The notes under the pieces: generated by a model
The model's input: only the letters and a program-made list of their open reading frames with translations
Database searches by the model: none
What the model was told of the DNA's origin: nothing
Made by a program: the position numbers and the translations under genes
From: Candidatus Kaiserbacteria bacterium
GTDB lineage: Bacteria; Patescibacteriota; Minisyncoccia; Phycocordibacterales; UBA2100
Reading direction: 5' to 3'
Length of the DNA stretch: 64,000 bases
Assembly: GCA_016217965.1 (NCBI GenBank)
Contig: JACRFI010000009.1
Coordinates: 3,144 to 67,143 of the forward strand
Part shown: one piece after another, positions 18,213 to 28,595 of the stretch
How the letters are laid out: the number at the start of each line of letters is the position of its first letter
Numbering within the stretch: the first letter of the stretch is position 1

Positions 18213-19039
18213 GCTGCTTTTTTATGGCGGCCAAAGTCGTCCTGCAGCCGCACGATATCTGCTTCATTGAATTTCCCGTACGCAACTTCTACGACAATAC
18301 CTCCACGTTTTGATCCCAGCCGATGAACTTGCCTCTTTTCAACTCGCAACACTTCTCCTTTGCGCAGAGAGATGGTATGTTCCCCTTTTTTATCGTGGAT
18401 AACGGCATACGCATCGCCCGAAACTAACAACCACCATTCTTCGCGATTGCGATGGTATTGAAGAGACACGCGTTTCTTCGGTTGAAGATAAATCGTTTTC
18501 AAATTCCACCCCTTTCCGCTATCCCAACCGTAATATTCACCCCATGGACGGACACTCCGCGATGCAGGCCGCCGCGCCGCCCCAATCATCCACGATGAAG
18601 ATTGGACCTTCCCGCCTCGCCCCACGTTCAACACTTCCTTGCAGCCGATCCGCTCACACACAACAGCTTCTATGGGACGTAAGTTGCCTGGCTTCCGGTC
18701 TCCTCCGTTTGCGAACACGGTCGGCCGCAATTCGGCAAGCTCTCGAGCAACGCTCATATCCTTGGGATTCTTGCTGTGTTTTGTGTACACAACCCTATCG
18801 ACAGGCGCGAGGGCCTCGATGAGCTCTTTCCGTTCTTTCTGCGGCATGAAGACGAAACCTTTTTTCGCGCGGAGCCAATTATCATTATTAAGGATGACGA
18901 CAAGTTTGTCGCCAAGCTTTTTCGCTGCCTGCATCATCCGCACGTGCCCGATGTGAATAGGATCAAACCCTCCAGAAACTGCGACCCATCGCGGTCTCTG
19001 GTGTGCATTCGTTTGCTTTTGCGGCTGTCCCTTAGCCAT
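18209..19039 (-). CDS. HIGH-family cytidylyl/adenylyltransferase fused to a mannose-6-phosphate-isomerase-type cupin
   Basis: SGGFDPIHIGH, FANGGDR, KVQSSS; then RPWG...SLQYHRNREEWW...EVAYGKFNEADIVRLQDDFGR. Confidence 0.85.
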   Translation of the reverse strand: MAKGQPQKQTNAHQRPRWVAVSGGFDPIHIGHVRMMQAAKKLGDKLVVILNNDNWLRAKKGFVFMPQKERKELIEALAPVDRVVYTKHSKNPKDMSVARELAELRPTVFANGGDRKPGNLRPIEAVVCERIGCKEVLNVGRGGKVQSSSWMIGAARRPASRSVRPWGEYYGWDSGKGWNLKTIYLQPKKRVSLQYHRNREEWWLLVSGDAYAVIHDKKGEHTISLRKGEVLRVEKRQVHRLGSKRGGIVVEVAYGKFNEADIVRLQDDFGRHKKAA

Positions 19040-19100
19040 ATTGAACGCAACACTACCATTAAAAGTGCGTCCATCATATAGTAATGCAGAAGCTATCCCT

Positions 19101-20312
19101 ATGAGAAAACCCAGTGTCCTTGTCGTGCTGCCATACGGCTTCAATGAGCGCATGGTGAACTTCATCGAGTTTGTTGTGAGCCGAATGCTTGCACAGAATG
19201 GGTGGCGCGTCATAGGAATTGCCCGGAGCGAACAAGGGCTTCCGCAAAACCACACTGTGCGGGACATAGAAGTGCATAGGTACAAAAGCACTCTTTCAGG
19301 ATTATTTCTTGTCCTAAAAATCTTCTTGAGGGATCGTCCCGACATTGTGCACGTCCATACGCTCCGCAACAACCGCGTTGGCATCTTTGTGTCCATCCTC
19401 TCCAAACTGAGCGCGACTCCTCTCGCATTCACAGAAAGCGGATTATTGCACGACCACTATCTCGTCGCCGATCGCGATGACCCGCTTCAAAAACCAATAG
19501 CCTACAATAATTTCGTCCGCCGGTTTGCAGATATTTTTACGAGCGGACAGGTGCTTTTCCGTTTCAAAAGCTACCTCTTCCACTTTGCGCTCTCACATGC
19601 GGATGCTGTTATTTTCCACTCCCATCACAATCTGCCGATTGCCGAAAAGCTAGGGCTAAAAAACGCACACTTACTCCCGCAAATATTGGACGAATCCAGG
19701 TGGAGTGATTCTGCGCACAGCGCGCACAAGGAAGAAGCCGCGAGTGCGATTGCAGGAATAAAGGAACCCTGCGCACTCTTCGTGGGGCAGATCAAGATGC
19801 GCAAGGGCTGGGACATTCTTCTCCGGTCCATTCCACACGTTCCCAAAGAGATAATCCACACGTTCATCATGGTAACGTCCTCCTCCGCGAGAGAAACCGA
19901 GGATGTTATAGCGCTGATCGATGAGCTTAAGGTGCGCGGCCGCGTGCTATTCCTCGGGCAGATATCGAATGCACTGCTGCGCCTGGCGTTCGAAAAGAGC
20001 ACACTTGTCGCCGTACCTTCACGCTATGAAGGTTTCGGGCTCGTACCACTTGAAGCGTTTGAAATGAAGCGGCCAGTCATCGCTTCGCGGGTGGAAGCCA
20101 TGACTGATTTTCTTGTTAACGGAAAAAACTCATACCTTGTTCCGCCAAAAGATCCGATAGCGCTTGCAAAAGGGGTCGTAGAGCTCGCACGAGACGAGGA
20201 ACTGCAGAACCGCCTCATTGCGGGCGGCCTCGCCACACTTGAGGAGATGCGGAGCGACGCCAATAGAAAAAAGTGGCTCGAGTTCTACAATGCGCTCCGC
20301 ACCCGTCTTTGA
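19101..20312 (+). CDS. GT4 glycosyltransferase
   Basis: FVGQIKMRKG, PSRYEGFGLVPLEA. Confidence 0.9.
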   Translation: MRKPSVLVVLPYGFNERMVNFIEFVVSRMLAQNGWRVIGIARSEQGLPQNHTVRDIEVHRYKSTLSGLFLVLKIFLRDRPDIVHVHTLRNNRVGIFVSILSKLSATPLAFTESGLLHDHYLVADRDDPLQKPIAYNNFVRRFADIFTSGQVLFRFKSYLFHFALSHADAVIFHSHHNLPIAEKLGLKNAHLLPQILDESRWSDSAHSAHKEEAASAIAGIKEPCALFVGQIKMRKGWDILLRSIPHVPKEIIHTFIMVTSSSARETEDVIALIDELKVRGRVLFLGQISNALLRLAFEKSTLVAVPSRYEGFGLVPLEAFEMKRPVIASRVEAMTDFLVNGKNSYLVPPKDPIALAKGVVELARDEELQNRLIAGGLATLEEMRSDANRKKWLEFYNALRTRL

Positions 20313-21820
20313 GGCGCATCCTCGCCTTCTACTACAAGGCGGATTTTCTTTGCGATAAAACCGGCAAACTCCTCGAGCGCAGCACGGCGCTTTTCACGGT
20401 CAGTCTCAAATTCCCAGATGTATATGAGGTCGCACACTGCGCTCTCTTCGAGAAGTGCCACAAAAAACCTGGTCACATCTTCAAGCCGAGCTTCTACAGT
20501 AAGCTGGCGCAATACCAACTCCGGCAACTCTTCCGGAACAGAAGAATGCGCGACAGAGGGCAGAGCATTGTAGAAGATGTGCCCAAACGTAATGACTGGT
20601 TTCCCTAGGAGCGTTGCTTCCCACCCGGCACCTCCTGAAATGATGGCGACAAGTTTCGACGCCCGTATGATATCGAAGCTCGATAGTTCCGGCCGTATCA
20701 GCCGCACATTCGGTATCTTCTTCAACTCCTTATAGTAGGCGCGAGGCCGAAAGGGCACCATTTGCGGATGCTCCTTTACGTACACATACATCCCCGCGGG
20801 AAGCGAGCGCGCGAGGCGGCGCACGATAGAAAGCTGATCCGTATCAAATGGAGCGAGGAGAAGAACCGTGAGCTCCGGCTCGTAATGAAGTGGGTAGAAG
20901 ACAAACGGCTTAGAGGGATCGTATGCATCGTACAAATCGTCAGCGCCGACAAGATTGCGCACCTTCCTGCGTACGCGGTCGACGACATAGTTGATAGGAT
21001 GCACGGTTATGTAATCGTCGCGCCTCTCCGACTCGCGAAGCCATTCGCGAACCATCTTTAGTATCCATCGCACGGATCGAAGAAGGTTATTCGGGAGCAA
21101 GAATTTAAAATACTTTCTCCTGCCGTGGTGAATCAACGACGCGTACGCTGCCGAATACATTGCTGGACGGGAGCGAAACTCTTCAATATGCCTGCGCGCT
21201 TGTTCATACCTAGGAATTGCCTCGAGCGCCGTGTTCTTATTCCTTTCGACCGCCTTCTCGACCCACGTCAGGCGGTCATACTCTAGAGAGAGTGATATAC
21301 GGTCCCGAGTCAAAGGATGCACGATAAAGATGACGGGAATGCCTCGCTTTTTAGCGATCGCATTCAAGAGAACCATCCACAAACCCCCCGGCAAATACGT
21401 AAAAACGAAATCAGGCCGCTCGCGGTCGAGGAACGCAGATATGTTCTTTGCATACACCTGCACAATGCGGAGCATCTCCTCATACGTGTATGGAGGCGTG
21501 TCGTACGGGTACTCGCGCACAAGCTGGCCCAAGCGGATCACGCGGTCAACATTGATGAACGACCAGAGGTTGCCGTGTTCTTTCTCGAACGCTTCCAGGT
21601 ATGGGAGATCCAGCAATTCGGTGCGATATTGCTTGTGGATGTCCTCATCAAGCATGATGCTCGTGTACTCAATATCCTTTTGCGATACGAGAAAGTCGTA
21701 GCTACCCCGCTGGTTTGCAAAAACACAGAACTCTCCGATCCCGTGCTTTTCTTTCAAGAGGACTGCGAGCTCATGCCCGACGTAGGCAAACTGCCGCTGC
21801 AACACGAGGCATCCTTTCAT
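20285..21820 (-). CDS. Capsule-synthesis (KpsS/KpsC-like) protein, putative ulosonate transferase
   Basis: FVFYPLHYEPE, YVKEHP, GAGWEATLLGKPV. Confidence 0.75.
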   Translation of the reverse strand: MKGCLVLQRQFAYVGHELAVLLKEKHGIGEFCVFANQRGSYDFLVSQKDIEYTSIMLDEDIHKQYRTELLDLPYLEAFEKEHGNLWSFINVDRVIRLGQLVREYPYDTPPYTYEEMLRIVQVYAKNISAFLDRERPDFVFTYLPGGLWMVLLNAIAKKRGIPVIFIVHPLTRDRISLSLEYDRLTWVEKAVERNKNTALEAIPRYEQARRHIEEFRSRPAMYSAAYASLIHHGRRKYFKFLLPNNLLRSVRWILKMVREWLRESERRDDYITVHPINYVVDRVRRKVRNLVGADDLYDAYDPSKPFVFYPLHYEPELTVLLLAPFDTDQLSIVRRLARSLPAGMYVYVKEHPQMVPFRPRAYYKELKKIPNVRLIRPELSSFDIIRASKLVAIISGGAGWEATLLGKPVITFGHIFYNALPSVAHSSVPEELPELVLRQLTVEARLEDVTRFFVALLEESAVCDLIYIWEFETDREKRRAALEEFAGFIAKKIRLVVEGEDAPQRRVRSAL

Positions 21821-21860
21821 AGCGATGAGAGCCAATATACAATAGATAGCGCGAACCGCT

Positions 21861-22655
21861 ATGGCACACTCTTTTTTCGACGGCGCGTACGTATCATATT
21901 GGAAAGAAAGGGTGGGAAACGCGGCCGACGGATCGAAAGTCTCTGATGAGAGCGTCGTTTCTTTCTTTCTTCAGAAACTGCCACTTGCAAAAAATAGCAG
22001 CGTTCTCGACCTCGGATGCGGGCACGGAAGGCTCTTTCCACTCCTCCATGAGAAAAGCGACCATATCGAAGGCGCTGATGTGACCGATGAAGCTGTAGCT
22101 GAATGCGCAAAGCTTCCGTACAAAAACGTGGTAAAAGGATCCGCAGAAAACACAACGCTCCCCTCAAACTATTTCGATGCGGTAGTTGCGTGGGCAACCT
22201 ACGACGTTGTGGAACAGGAAGCCGCGCTTGTTGAAGAAAATAGGATATTAAAAAAGGGTGGATACCTGCTTATTACCGGAAAAAACAAAGGATACGAGCC
22301 GACGGATGATCTGGCGTTCATCGCCGAGAGAAATGCGAAATTGAAAGATTTCCCGAACCACTTCACGGATGTATATGGACTCATCAAAGAGAGCTCGCTC
22401 TACGGATTCAGCGTGCGTGCCGGAGTTGGATTCCCGAGGCGAGGCGATTTCGGCAACCTGCAATTTTTCGACCTGCAGGCCGAAGAGCGCCCATGCTACG
22501 AATTCCTGCTGATACTTGAAAAAGAGGGAGCGCCCGCGCACGAGCGGCCCCTGATATGTTATGAATACAGCGACGTCGCAAAAGAGCAGGCGAAAGAGCA
22601 TCAGTTTGATGATGTACGCCAGTTCTTTCAGTGGCATGCACAGAACCATGGCTAA
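21861..22655 (+). CDS. Class I SAM-dependent methyltransferase
   Basis: VLDLGCGHGR, RILKKGG. Confidence 0.88.
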   Translation: MAHSFFDGAYVSYWKERVGNAADGSKVSDESVVSFFLQKLPLAKNSSVLDLGCGHGRLFPLLHEKSDHIEGADVTDEAVAECAKLPYKNVVKGSAENTTLPSNYFDAVVAWATYDVVEQEAALVEENRILKKGGYLLITGKNKGYEPTDDLAFIAERNAKLKDFPNHFTDVYGLIKESSLYGFSVRAGVGFPRRGDFGNLQFFDLQAEERPCYEFLLILEKEGAPAHERPLICYEYSDVAKEQAKEHQFDDVRQFFQWHAQNHG

Positions 22656-24018
22656 ACCAGGCATCGTCCACATTGTCCACCACGTTGATGCCGAGGGCCC
22701 ACTTTTCGAGGAGCCTGCGGAGACCCTTAAACGCATCGAAACAACATTCGGCACCAAACTTCCCTTTCCAAAAACTGGTCCCACGCTGCAAAAACTGCAG
22801 AGGGGAGAGCTTACCGTAGATGGAATACACGCTGCAAAGATGCAGGCTATGCTTGATCCGCACACGCTTCACACGCTCGGAACATGGAAACAGGTGCGCG
22901 CAATGTTGAAAAGAGTGACTGCGCGCGAGTTCCGCATGGAGGAGAAGGATAGTTTCGGCGGTGGATGGGTGTTCAACTGGCACGTGATGGACCATGTTGG
23001 ATTCAAAACAAATGAAAGGGGGAGAGATCTTGGATACCTGAAGATATTCAACGTATACGAGAAGATGCTTGCCGAGGACGAATCAAGGCGCGACGCTATC
23101 CATTGGCACTTTCACCCGATATCGCATTACAAGGAAGCGCATATCCCGGCAACCTCATACGATAATTCCTACCGCGAGATCCATGAAGTACTGTGCCGAC
23201 GCCTGATTGAAAAGAAATGGTTCCCGAGAGTCAATCGCGCTGGGTTCCATTCCGAACGGCCCGATTCAAATTGGTTTTTGGAACAATGGATTCCCTTTGA
23301 CGCATCGAACCAATCGATAGAAATGAGTGGCGAGGAGCAGCGGGATGCGATCAACGGCAGGTTCGGCGATTGGGCGGGTGCGCCAAGCGACTGGAGCATG
23401 TATCATCCCGATCTCTACGATTGGAGAAAAAAAGGAAACGCCCGGCGCGTTATCGCCCGCGCCCTGAACATGAGGTCACGCTTTAGGAACATCAACGAGC
23501 ACGAGTTGAAAAAAGCGTTCTCGAGAGCAGAAAAAGGCGAGAACATATACGTCGGCATCACGAATCACGATTGGCGTGATATGGAAGTTGAGATACGCGA
23601 TTTTAGAAAACTGCTCATTTCTACGCGTGCAGAGTTCCCCACCGTGGAATACAAATTCTCTGAATCGGTCGATGCGTTCAGAAGCGCCCTTGGACTGGCC
23701 CCCGATGTTATACAAGGAGCACGCATTGATCTTGATTGCACGCTCCAAGACGATGTCTTAGTTGTAAAGGTAACAAACGGAGAACCGTTTGGGCCACAAC
23801 CATACCTCGCAATAAAGACAAAAAAGGGAGAGTATTTCCACGACAACTTTGATTTTGGAGTGTTCAAGAAAACCTACATGTACACGCTGGATAGGTATAC
23901 GGTAGAGACAAAGGACATCGACACAATTGCGATTGCCTCGAATGATCTATACGGAAATACGTGCATATGCAACATTCGGTTCCACAAAAATTCCCCGAGC
24001 ACAAAGCATTTTCTTTGA
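22648..24018 (+). CDS. Hypothetical His-rich protein, possible polysaccharide-deacetylase-like fold
   Basis: HHVDAEGP, IHWHFHP, RAGFH, NHD; overlaps the upstream gene. Confidence 0.55.
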   Translation: MAKPGIVHIVHHVDAEGPLFEEPAETLKRIETTFGTKLPFPKTGPTLQKLQRGELTVDGIHAAKMQAMLDPHTLHTLGTWKQVRAMLKRVTAREFRMEEKDSFGGGWVFNWHVMDHVGFKTNERGRDLGYLKIFNVYEKMLAEDESRRDAIHWHFHPISHYKEAHIPATSYDNSYREIHEVLCRRLIEKKWFPRVNRAGFHSERPDSNWFLEQWIPFDASNQSIEMSGEEQRDAINGRFGDWAGAPSDWSMYHPDLYDWRKKGNARRVIARALNMRSRFRNINEHELKKAFSRAEKGENIYVGITNHDWRDMEVEIRDFRKLLISTRAEFPTVEYKFSESVDAFRSALGLAPDVIQGARIDLDCTLQDDVLVVKVTNGEPFGPQPYLAIKTKKGEYFHDNFDFGVFKKTYMYTLDRYTVETKDIDTIAIASNDLYGNTCICNIRFHKNSPSTKHFL

Positions 24019-24082
24019 GCCACCCCACTCTCTTGCGTTTCTGCGTATAGACAAGACTGAGATTTCGTGGCAAAATCACGGC

Positions 24083-24829
24083 GTGAAAAATCCTAGTGTT
24101 CTGACAGTAATACCTGCGAGAAGCGGTTCGAAGAGGATACCGAGCAAGAATATTCGCCTGTTCGCAGGGAAACCCCTTATCGTGCATACGATCAGGCAAG
24201 CAAAAAAGATCCCATTCATAGGACGAATTATTGTAGACACAGACTCAAAACAAATCGCCACGCTTGCGAGACACGAGAGCGCTGAAGTTCCCTTCCTCCG
24301 GCCTAAGCGCCTCGCAGGTGACACTTCGCAAGTGGCAGACAGCCTGCGGCACCTCCTTATGAGACTTAAATCAAACGAGGGATACGTCCCCGACTACGTG
24401 CTCATTCTCCAGGCAACATCCCCGCTCCGGAAACTTTCAGACATTACGGCCTGCTGGAGAGCGATGAAAAAAGGCGGAGCAACAACCGTACTCACTGTTA
24501 CCCCTACACATCCGCGTCTCTACCACATACGTCGCGGATTCATCGCGCTTGTGAATGGTTCCGAGAAAGACTCGACGAATATGCAGGCATGGGAAAGTGC
24601 GTACATACTAAATGGCTGCTTTGCCTACATCGTGAAGACTGCTGCATTTCTAAAAGAGGGCCGCATCATCACGAAAAAGACACGGCCAGTCATCTGCCCC
24701 AAATGGCGTTCCGTTGACCTCGACACCCCGGAGGATTGGGCGCTTGCGGAGCACCTCTTCAAGAACCGTGGTGCGATCGAAACCGCGATTCGGAAGATAG
24801 GGCGGGCTCATGCTATAAAAACAATATGA
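24083..24829 (+). CDS. neuA: Acylneuraminate cytidylyltransferase (NeuA/LegF family)
   Basis: IPARSGSKRIPSKN, VPFLRP, LQATSPLR, SVDLDTPEDW; GTG start. Confidence 0.9.
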   Translation: MKNPSVLTVIPARSGSKRIPSKNIRLFAGKPLIVHTIRQAKKIPFIGRIIVDTDSKQIATLARHESAEVPFLRPKRLAGDTSQVADSLRHLLMRLKSNEGYVPDYVLILQATSPLRKLSDITACWRAMKKGGATTVLTVTPTHPRLYHIRRGFIALVNGSEKDSTNMQAWESAYILNGCFAYIVKTAAFLKEGRIITKKTRPVICPKWRSVDLDTPEDWALAEHLFKNRGAIETAIRKIGRAHAIKTI

Positions 24830-25611
24830 ACCCTCACGGATTTGATGTTGCTGGCCGCACATACGTAGTGATCGGAGGGGCAGGACTCATTGGCAGCGCA
24901 TTCTCTCGCGCTCTTGGAGAAGCGGGATGCAACGTTGTTATCGCTGACGCGAACAAAAAGAGAGGTGCGGAGCTCCTTCAGAGCATCCGCAGAAGTGGCG
25001 GGAAAGCCCATTTCGAGCGTGTCGATATCGGAAGCGCGTCTTCCATCGAGAAACTCTCGAAAAAGGTCGTCAAGATGTTCGGCAGCGTACATGGCGTTGT
25101 AAACGCTGCATATCCGCGGACTCCGAAGTACCCGCAGGCTTTTGAGAAAACGCCGCAAAAGGAGACGGAGAAAAACCTTGCGCTCATGCTCGGCAGCAAT
25201 TTTTCTATCGTCCGCGCATTTTCTGGGCCCATGAAGAAACAAAAACATGGTTCCATAGTGCTCCTCGGTTCCATCTACGGCATAGCGGCTCCCCGCTTCA
25301 GCATTTACAAAGGAACGGACATGATAAACCCTCCCGAGTATGCTGCGGCAAAAGGTGGCACCATCATGCTCGCAAAGTACTTCGCATCTCTTCTCGGGCC
25401 GTACAACATCCGCGTGAATTCTATTTCCCCCGGGGGCGTTCTCAATAACCAGCCCAAACCGTTTTTGAAGGAATACGCGAAGCACGCGAAGCTCGCGCCC
25501 GGAATGCTTGTGCCAGAAGATCTTGCAGGCGCACTCATCTTTCTTTTCGGAGATGCGTCAAAAAAGGTCACAGGGCAGAACATCGTAGTTGACGGCGGCT
25601 GGACGATATGA
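24826..25611 (+). CDS. SDR oxidoreductase (PtmA-like)
   Basis: GGAGLIG, VNAAYPR, SIYG, YAAAK, ISPGG, TGQNIVVDGG. Confidence 0.85.
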   Translation: MNPHGFDVAGRTYVVIGGAGLIGSAFSRALGEAGCNVVIADANKKRGAELLQSIRRSGGKAHFERVDIGSASSIEKLSKKVVKMFGSVHGVVNAAYPRTPKYPQAFEKTPQKETEKNLALMLGSNFSIVRAFSGPMKKQKHGSIVLLGSIYGIAAPRFSIYKGTDMINPPEYAAAKGGTIMLAKYFASLLGPYNIRVNSISPGGVLNNQPKPFLKEYAKHAKLAPGMLVPEDLAGALIFLFGDASKKVTGQNIVVDGGWTI

Positions 25612-26651
25612 AAACGCTGAAGATCGGAAAACACGCCATAGGAAAAGGCGTCTTTATAATCGCAGAAGCCGGGGTTAACCATAACGGAAGACTTGATCTT
25701 GCCCTAAAACTTGTTGATGCCGCAGCTGAGTGCGGTGCGGACGCTATCAAGTTCCAGACCTTCAGAGCACCAGAACTCGTAACGAGTGCTGGAAAAATGG
25801 CAGCATATCAAAAAAGAAACACAGGAAAAAATGAGAGCCAACTCTCGATGCTGCGCAAACTCGAACTCCGCGAGTCATTGTATGCGCCGATCATCGCACG
25901 GTGCAAAAAGCGCAACATACTGTTTCTTTCTGCCGCGCATGGCGGATTTGCCAGCGTTGACCTTCTTGCCGCTCTCGGAGTCCCCGCATTTAAATTCAGC
26001 TCAGCCGACCTCACCAATCTTCCGGTCCTATCCCACGCTGCCAGATACAAAAAGCCGATGATAATCTCGACTGGCATGGCAACAATGCAAGAGATAGAAG
26101 AGGCAGTGCGCGCGATCAAAAAGGAGGGCAACGACAAGATCATCATCTTGCAATGCACGACGGATTACCCGACTGATCCTAAAGAAGTGAACCTCCGCGC
26201 AATGCAAACGATCGCCCGCCGATTAGGAACTCATGTCGGTTTCTCAGACCACACCTCTGGCATGCAAGCTGCCATTATGGCGGCAACGCTCGGCGCGTGT
26301 GTGATAGAGAAACATCTGACACTCGATAAACATATGCAGGGCCCCGACCACGCAGCATCAGAAAATCCTCGGGAGTTCCGAAAGTTTGTGGATGCCATCC
26401 GGCTTGTCGAGCCTCTGCTCGGCTCCCGCACGAAAAAACCAACAGTCTCAGAGAAAAAATATATCCCGCTGGTCAGAAAGAGCATTGTCGCAAACTGTTC
26501 TATAAAAAAGGGAGAACTGTTCACTCGCGATTCAATCGCGATAAAGCGCCCAGGAACCGGGCTCCATCCGCGCTTTTTCTCCAGATTCCTTGGGAAAAAA
26601 GCGAAACGGAACATAGAGAAGGACGCGCCCCTCTTGAGAAGCGACATATGA
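25608..26651 (+). CDS. neuB: Nonulosonate synthase (NeuB/LegI family)
   Basis: IIAEAGVNHNG, IKFQTF, ISTGM, GFSDHT, IEKHLTLD, GPDH; SAF domain. Confidence 0.93.
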   Translation: MKTLKIGKHAIGKGVFIIAEAGVNHNGRLDLALKLVDAAAECGADAIKFQTFRAPELVTSAGKMAAYQKRNTGKNESQLSMLRKLELRESLYAPIIARCKKRNILFLSAAHGGFASVDLLAALGVPAFKFSSADLTNLPVLSHAARYKKPMIISTGMATMQEIEEAVRAIKKEGNDKIIILQCTTDYPTDPKEVNLRAMQTIARRLGTHVGFSDHTSGMQAAIMAATLGACVIEKHLTLDKHMQGPDHAASENPREFRKFVDAIRLVEPLLGSRTKKPTVSEKKYIPLVRKSIVANCSIKKGELFTRDSIAIKRPGTGLHPRFFSRFLGKKAKRNIEKDAPLLRSDI

Positions 26652-27796
26652 AAAAGAAATCGATCCTTGTGATTACTGGCACGCGAGCCGAGTATGGCCT
26701 CTTGTATGAGACGATACAGGCGCTTCAGAAGAGCCAACGGCTTTCGATGCGACTTCTCGTTACCGGCATGCATACGGTACGGAAGTACGGGTATACGTTG
26801 CAGGGCATACGGCGCGATAACATTCCGATCGCCTGCGTGGTGCCGATTCACGAACACGACACAATGCTTCAGGCCTTCGCCAAAGAAGTGCTCGGGATTG
26901 ACGCATATTGCGTTAAAACTCGCCCCGACATGATCCTCGTTCTCGGCGATCGGGGCGAACCGCTCGCCGGCGCGGTCGTGGCGGCTAACCTCAATATCCC
27001 CGTCGCACATATTCACGGAGGCGACACGAGCGGCATAACAACAGCAGACGAACTTGTGAGGCACAGCATCACCAAACTTTCGCACTTACACTTCCCCGTC
27101 TCGCCTGCGAGCGCGAAACGGCTTCGTGCGCTGGGTGAAGAATCGTGGCGCATCCACATGCTGGGAGCGCCTGGGATCGAACACATCGCAAGCGCCCGCT
27201 TCCCTTCTCGCGCTGCCGTGGCCAGAAAGCACGGGCTCGACCCGCAGAAACAATGGATACTAGTCGTGCACCACCCGACGCCGTTTGAGAAGGTGCCAAT
27301 GGAAAAACAAATACGCCCTCTTCTTTCCTCACTCACATCGCAGCAAAGACATGAAGAAAAGATCATCGTCTATCCCAATACTGATACGGGATCCGCTGTT
27401 TTTATTCGCGAGATCGATCGTGTTAGAAATGAACCGCGCGTGCACGTGTATCCCAATTTGGAGCGTGATGAATATCTACACCTTTTCCGCCATAGCGCAT
27501 GCATAATTGGAAATTCAAGTTCAGGAATTATTGAATCAACGCCACTCCACGTGCCTTCAATAACCATCGGCAGCAGGCAGGACGGGCGATCTCGCGGCAA
27601 AAACGTAATCAGTGCATCGTACGACGCATCATCGATCGAACGAGCGCTTAGGAAGGCGCTTGGTGCCACATTTGCGTCGCGGACGAAGAACGCAAAAAGC
27701 CCATACGGGTCGGGAAATGTGGGCAGTTCTATCGTGAAGCGACTTGAGAAATACGTGTGCGATCCACGGTTGTTCCATAAGCGAGTCGCCTCGTAA
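26648..27796 (+). CDS. neuC: Hydrolysing NDP-GlcNAc 2-epimerase (NeuC/LegG family)
   Basis: TGTRAEYG, TGMH, LGDRGE, HIHGGD, GNSSSGIIE. Confidence 0.92.
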   Translation: MKKKSILVITGTRAEYGLLYETIQALQKSQRLSMRLLVTGMHTVRKYGYTLQGIRRDNIPIACVVPIHEHDTMLQAFAKEVLGIDAYCVKTRPDMILVLGDRGEPLAGAVVAANLNIPVAHIHGGDTSGITTADELVRHSITKLSHLHFPVSPASAKRLRALGEESWRIHMLGAPGIEHIASARFPSRAAVARKHGLDPQKQWILVVHHPTPFEKVPMEKQIRPLLSSLTSQQRHEEKIIVYPNTDTGSAVFIREIDRVRNEPRVHVYPNLERDEYLHLFRHSACIIGNSSSGIIESTPLHVPSITIGSRQDGRSRGKNVISASYDASSIERALRKALGATFASRTKNAKSPYGSGNVGSSIVKRLEKYVCDPRLFHKRVAS

Positions 27797-27797
27797 T

Positions 27798-28595
27798 ATG
27801 CAAAAAAAACAAACTCTACAAAGCGCCATATTTCTAGGCCGAAAGGAGGGCGCGCTCGGCGCGCTCCAATATCTTTTACAGCAAAAGGTCGCGATCAAGA
27901 TGGTGGTGAATCCAGGGGGCACAGACCTATCACTCCGCTCTTTCGCGCAAAAGCACAAGATCCGATTCCTCACCGACGACAGGATGCTGTACCGCACGAT
28001 AGAAAGAAAAGATGCATCAATTCGCGCAGACCTCGTCATCTCATACTTGTACCCAAAAAAGATCCGCCGTCCGCTTATCGAACATGCAAAACTCGGCTGC
28101 ATTAACTTTCACCCCGCTCCTCTTCCCGAGTATAGGGGCCGCGCGGGCTACAACACCGCGATCCTAGAAAAAAAGAAACGATTCGGGGTAAGCGCCCACG
28201 TTATCGATTCGGAGACATTTGATAGCGGCCCCATCATAGAGGTTCTTCGCTTCCGCATTGACCCTTCACACGAAAGCGTTCTTTCTCTCGAAAGACTCAC
28301 TCAGAAAAAACTGCTCGAGCTGTTCAAGATCGTTATCGCACGTTATAAAAAAGGCGCAGCTATTAAAACGAAGCAAAATCGGGGCGGCCTCTACTTGACC
28401 GCAGAGGGCCTTGAATCCATGAAACGCATCCTGCCGTCAGATTCCGCAAAAGACATACACCGAAAGATCCGCGCATTTTTCTTCCCGCCATATCGCGGCG
28501 CGACCATTGAAATTAAAGGAGAGACATTTACACTGGTCGACGACGAGATGCTTTCCGAACTTGGGAAACTTCTCAAAACACAGCGACACGTATGA
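27798..28595 (+). CDS. Sugar N-formyltransferase (Fmt-like)
   Basis: INFHPAPLPEYRG, AHVID..FDSGPI, IRAFFFPPY. Confidence 0.85.
   Translation: MQKKQTLQSAIFLGRKEGALGALQYLLQQKVAIKMVVNPGGTDLSLRSFAQKHKIRFLTDDRMLYRTIERKDASIRADLVISYLYPKKIRRPLIEHAKLGCINFHPAPLPEYRGRAGYNTAILEKKKRFGVSAHVIDSETFDSGPIIEVLRFRIDPSHESVLSLERLTQKKLLELFKIVIARYKKGAAIKTKQNRGGLYLTAEGLESMKRILPSDSAKDIHRKIRAFFFPPYRGATIEIKGETFTLVDDEMLSELGKLLKTQRHV

Noticed and set aside
19040-19432. Long N-terminal extension of the 18209 ORF (likewise 33563, 36210, 50747, 23927)
   Set aside because: Extensions overlap neighbouring genes; motif-bearing regions begin at downstream starts
26231-27085. 284-aa - strand ORF
   Set aside because: Antisense to neuB/neuC; no recognisable family
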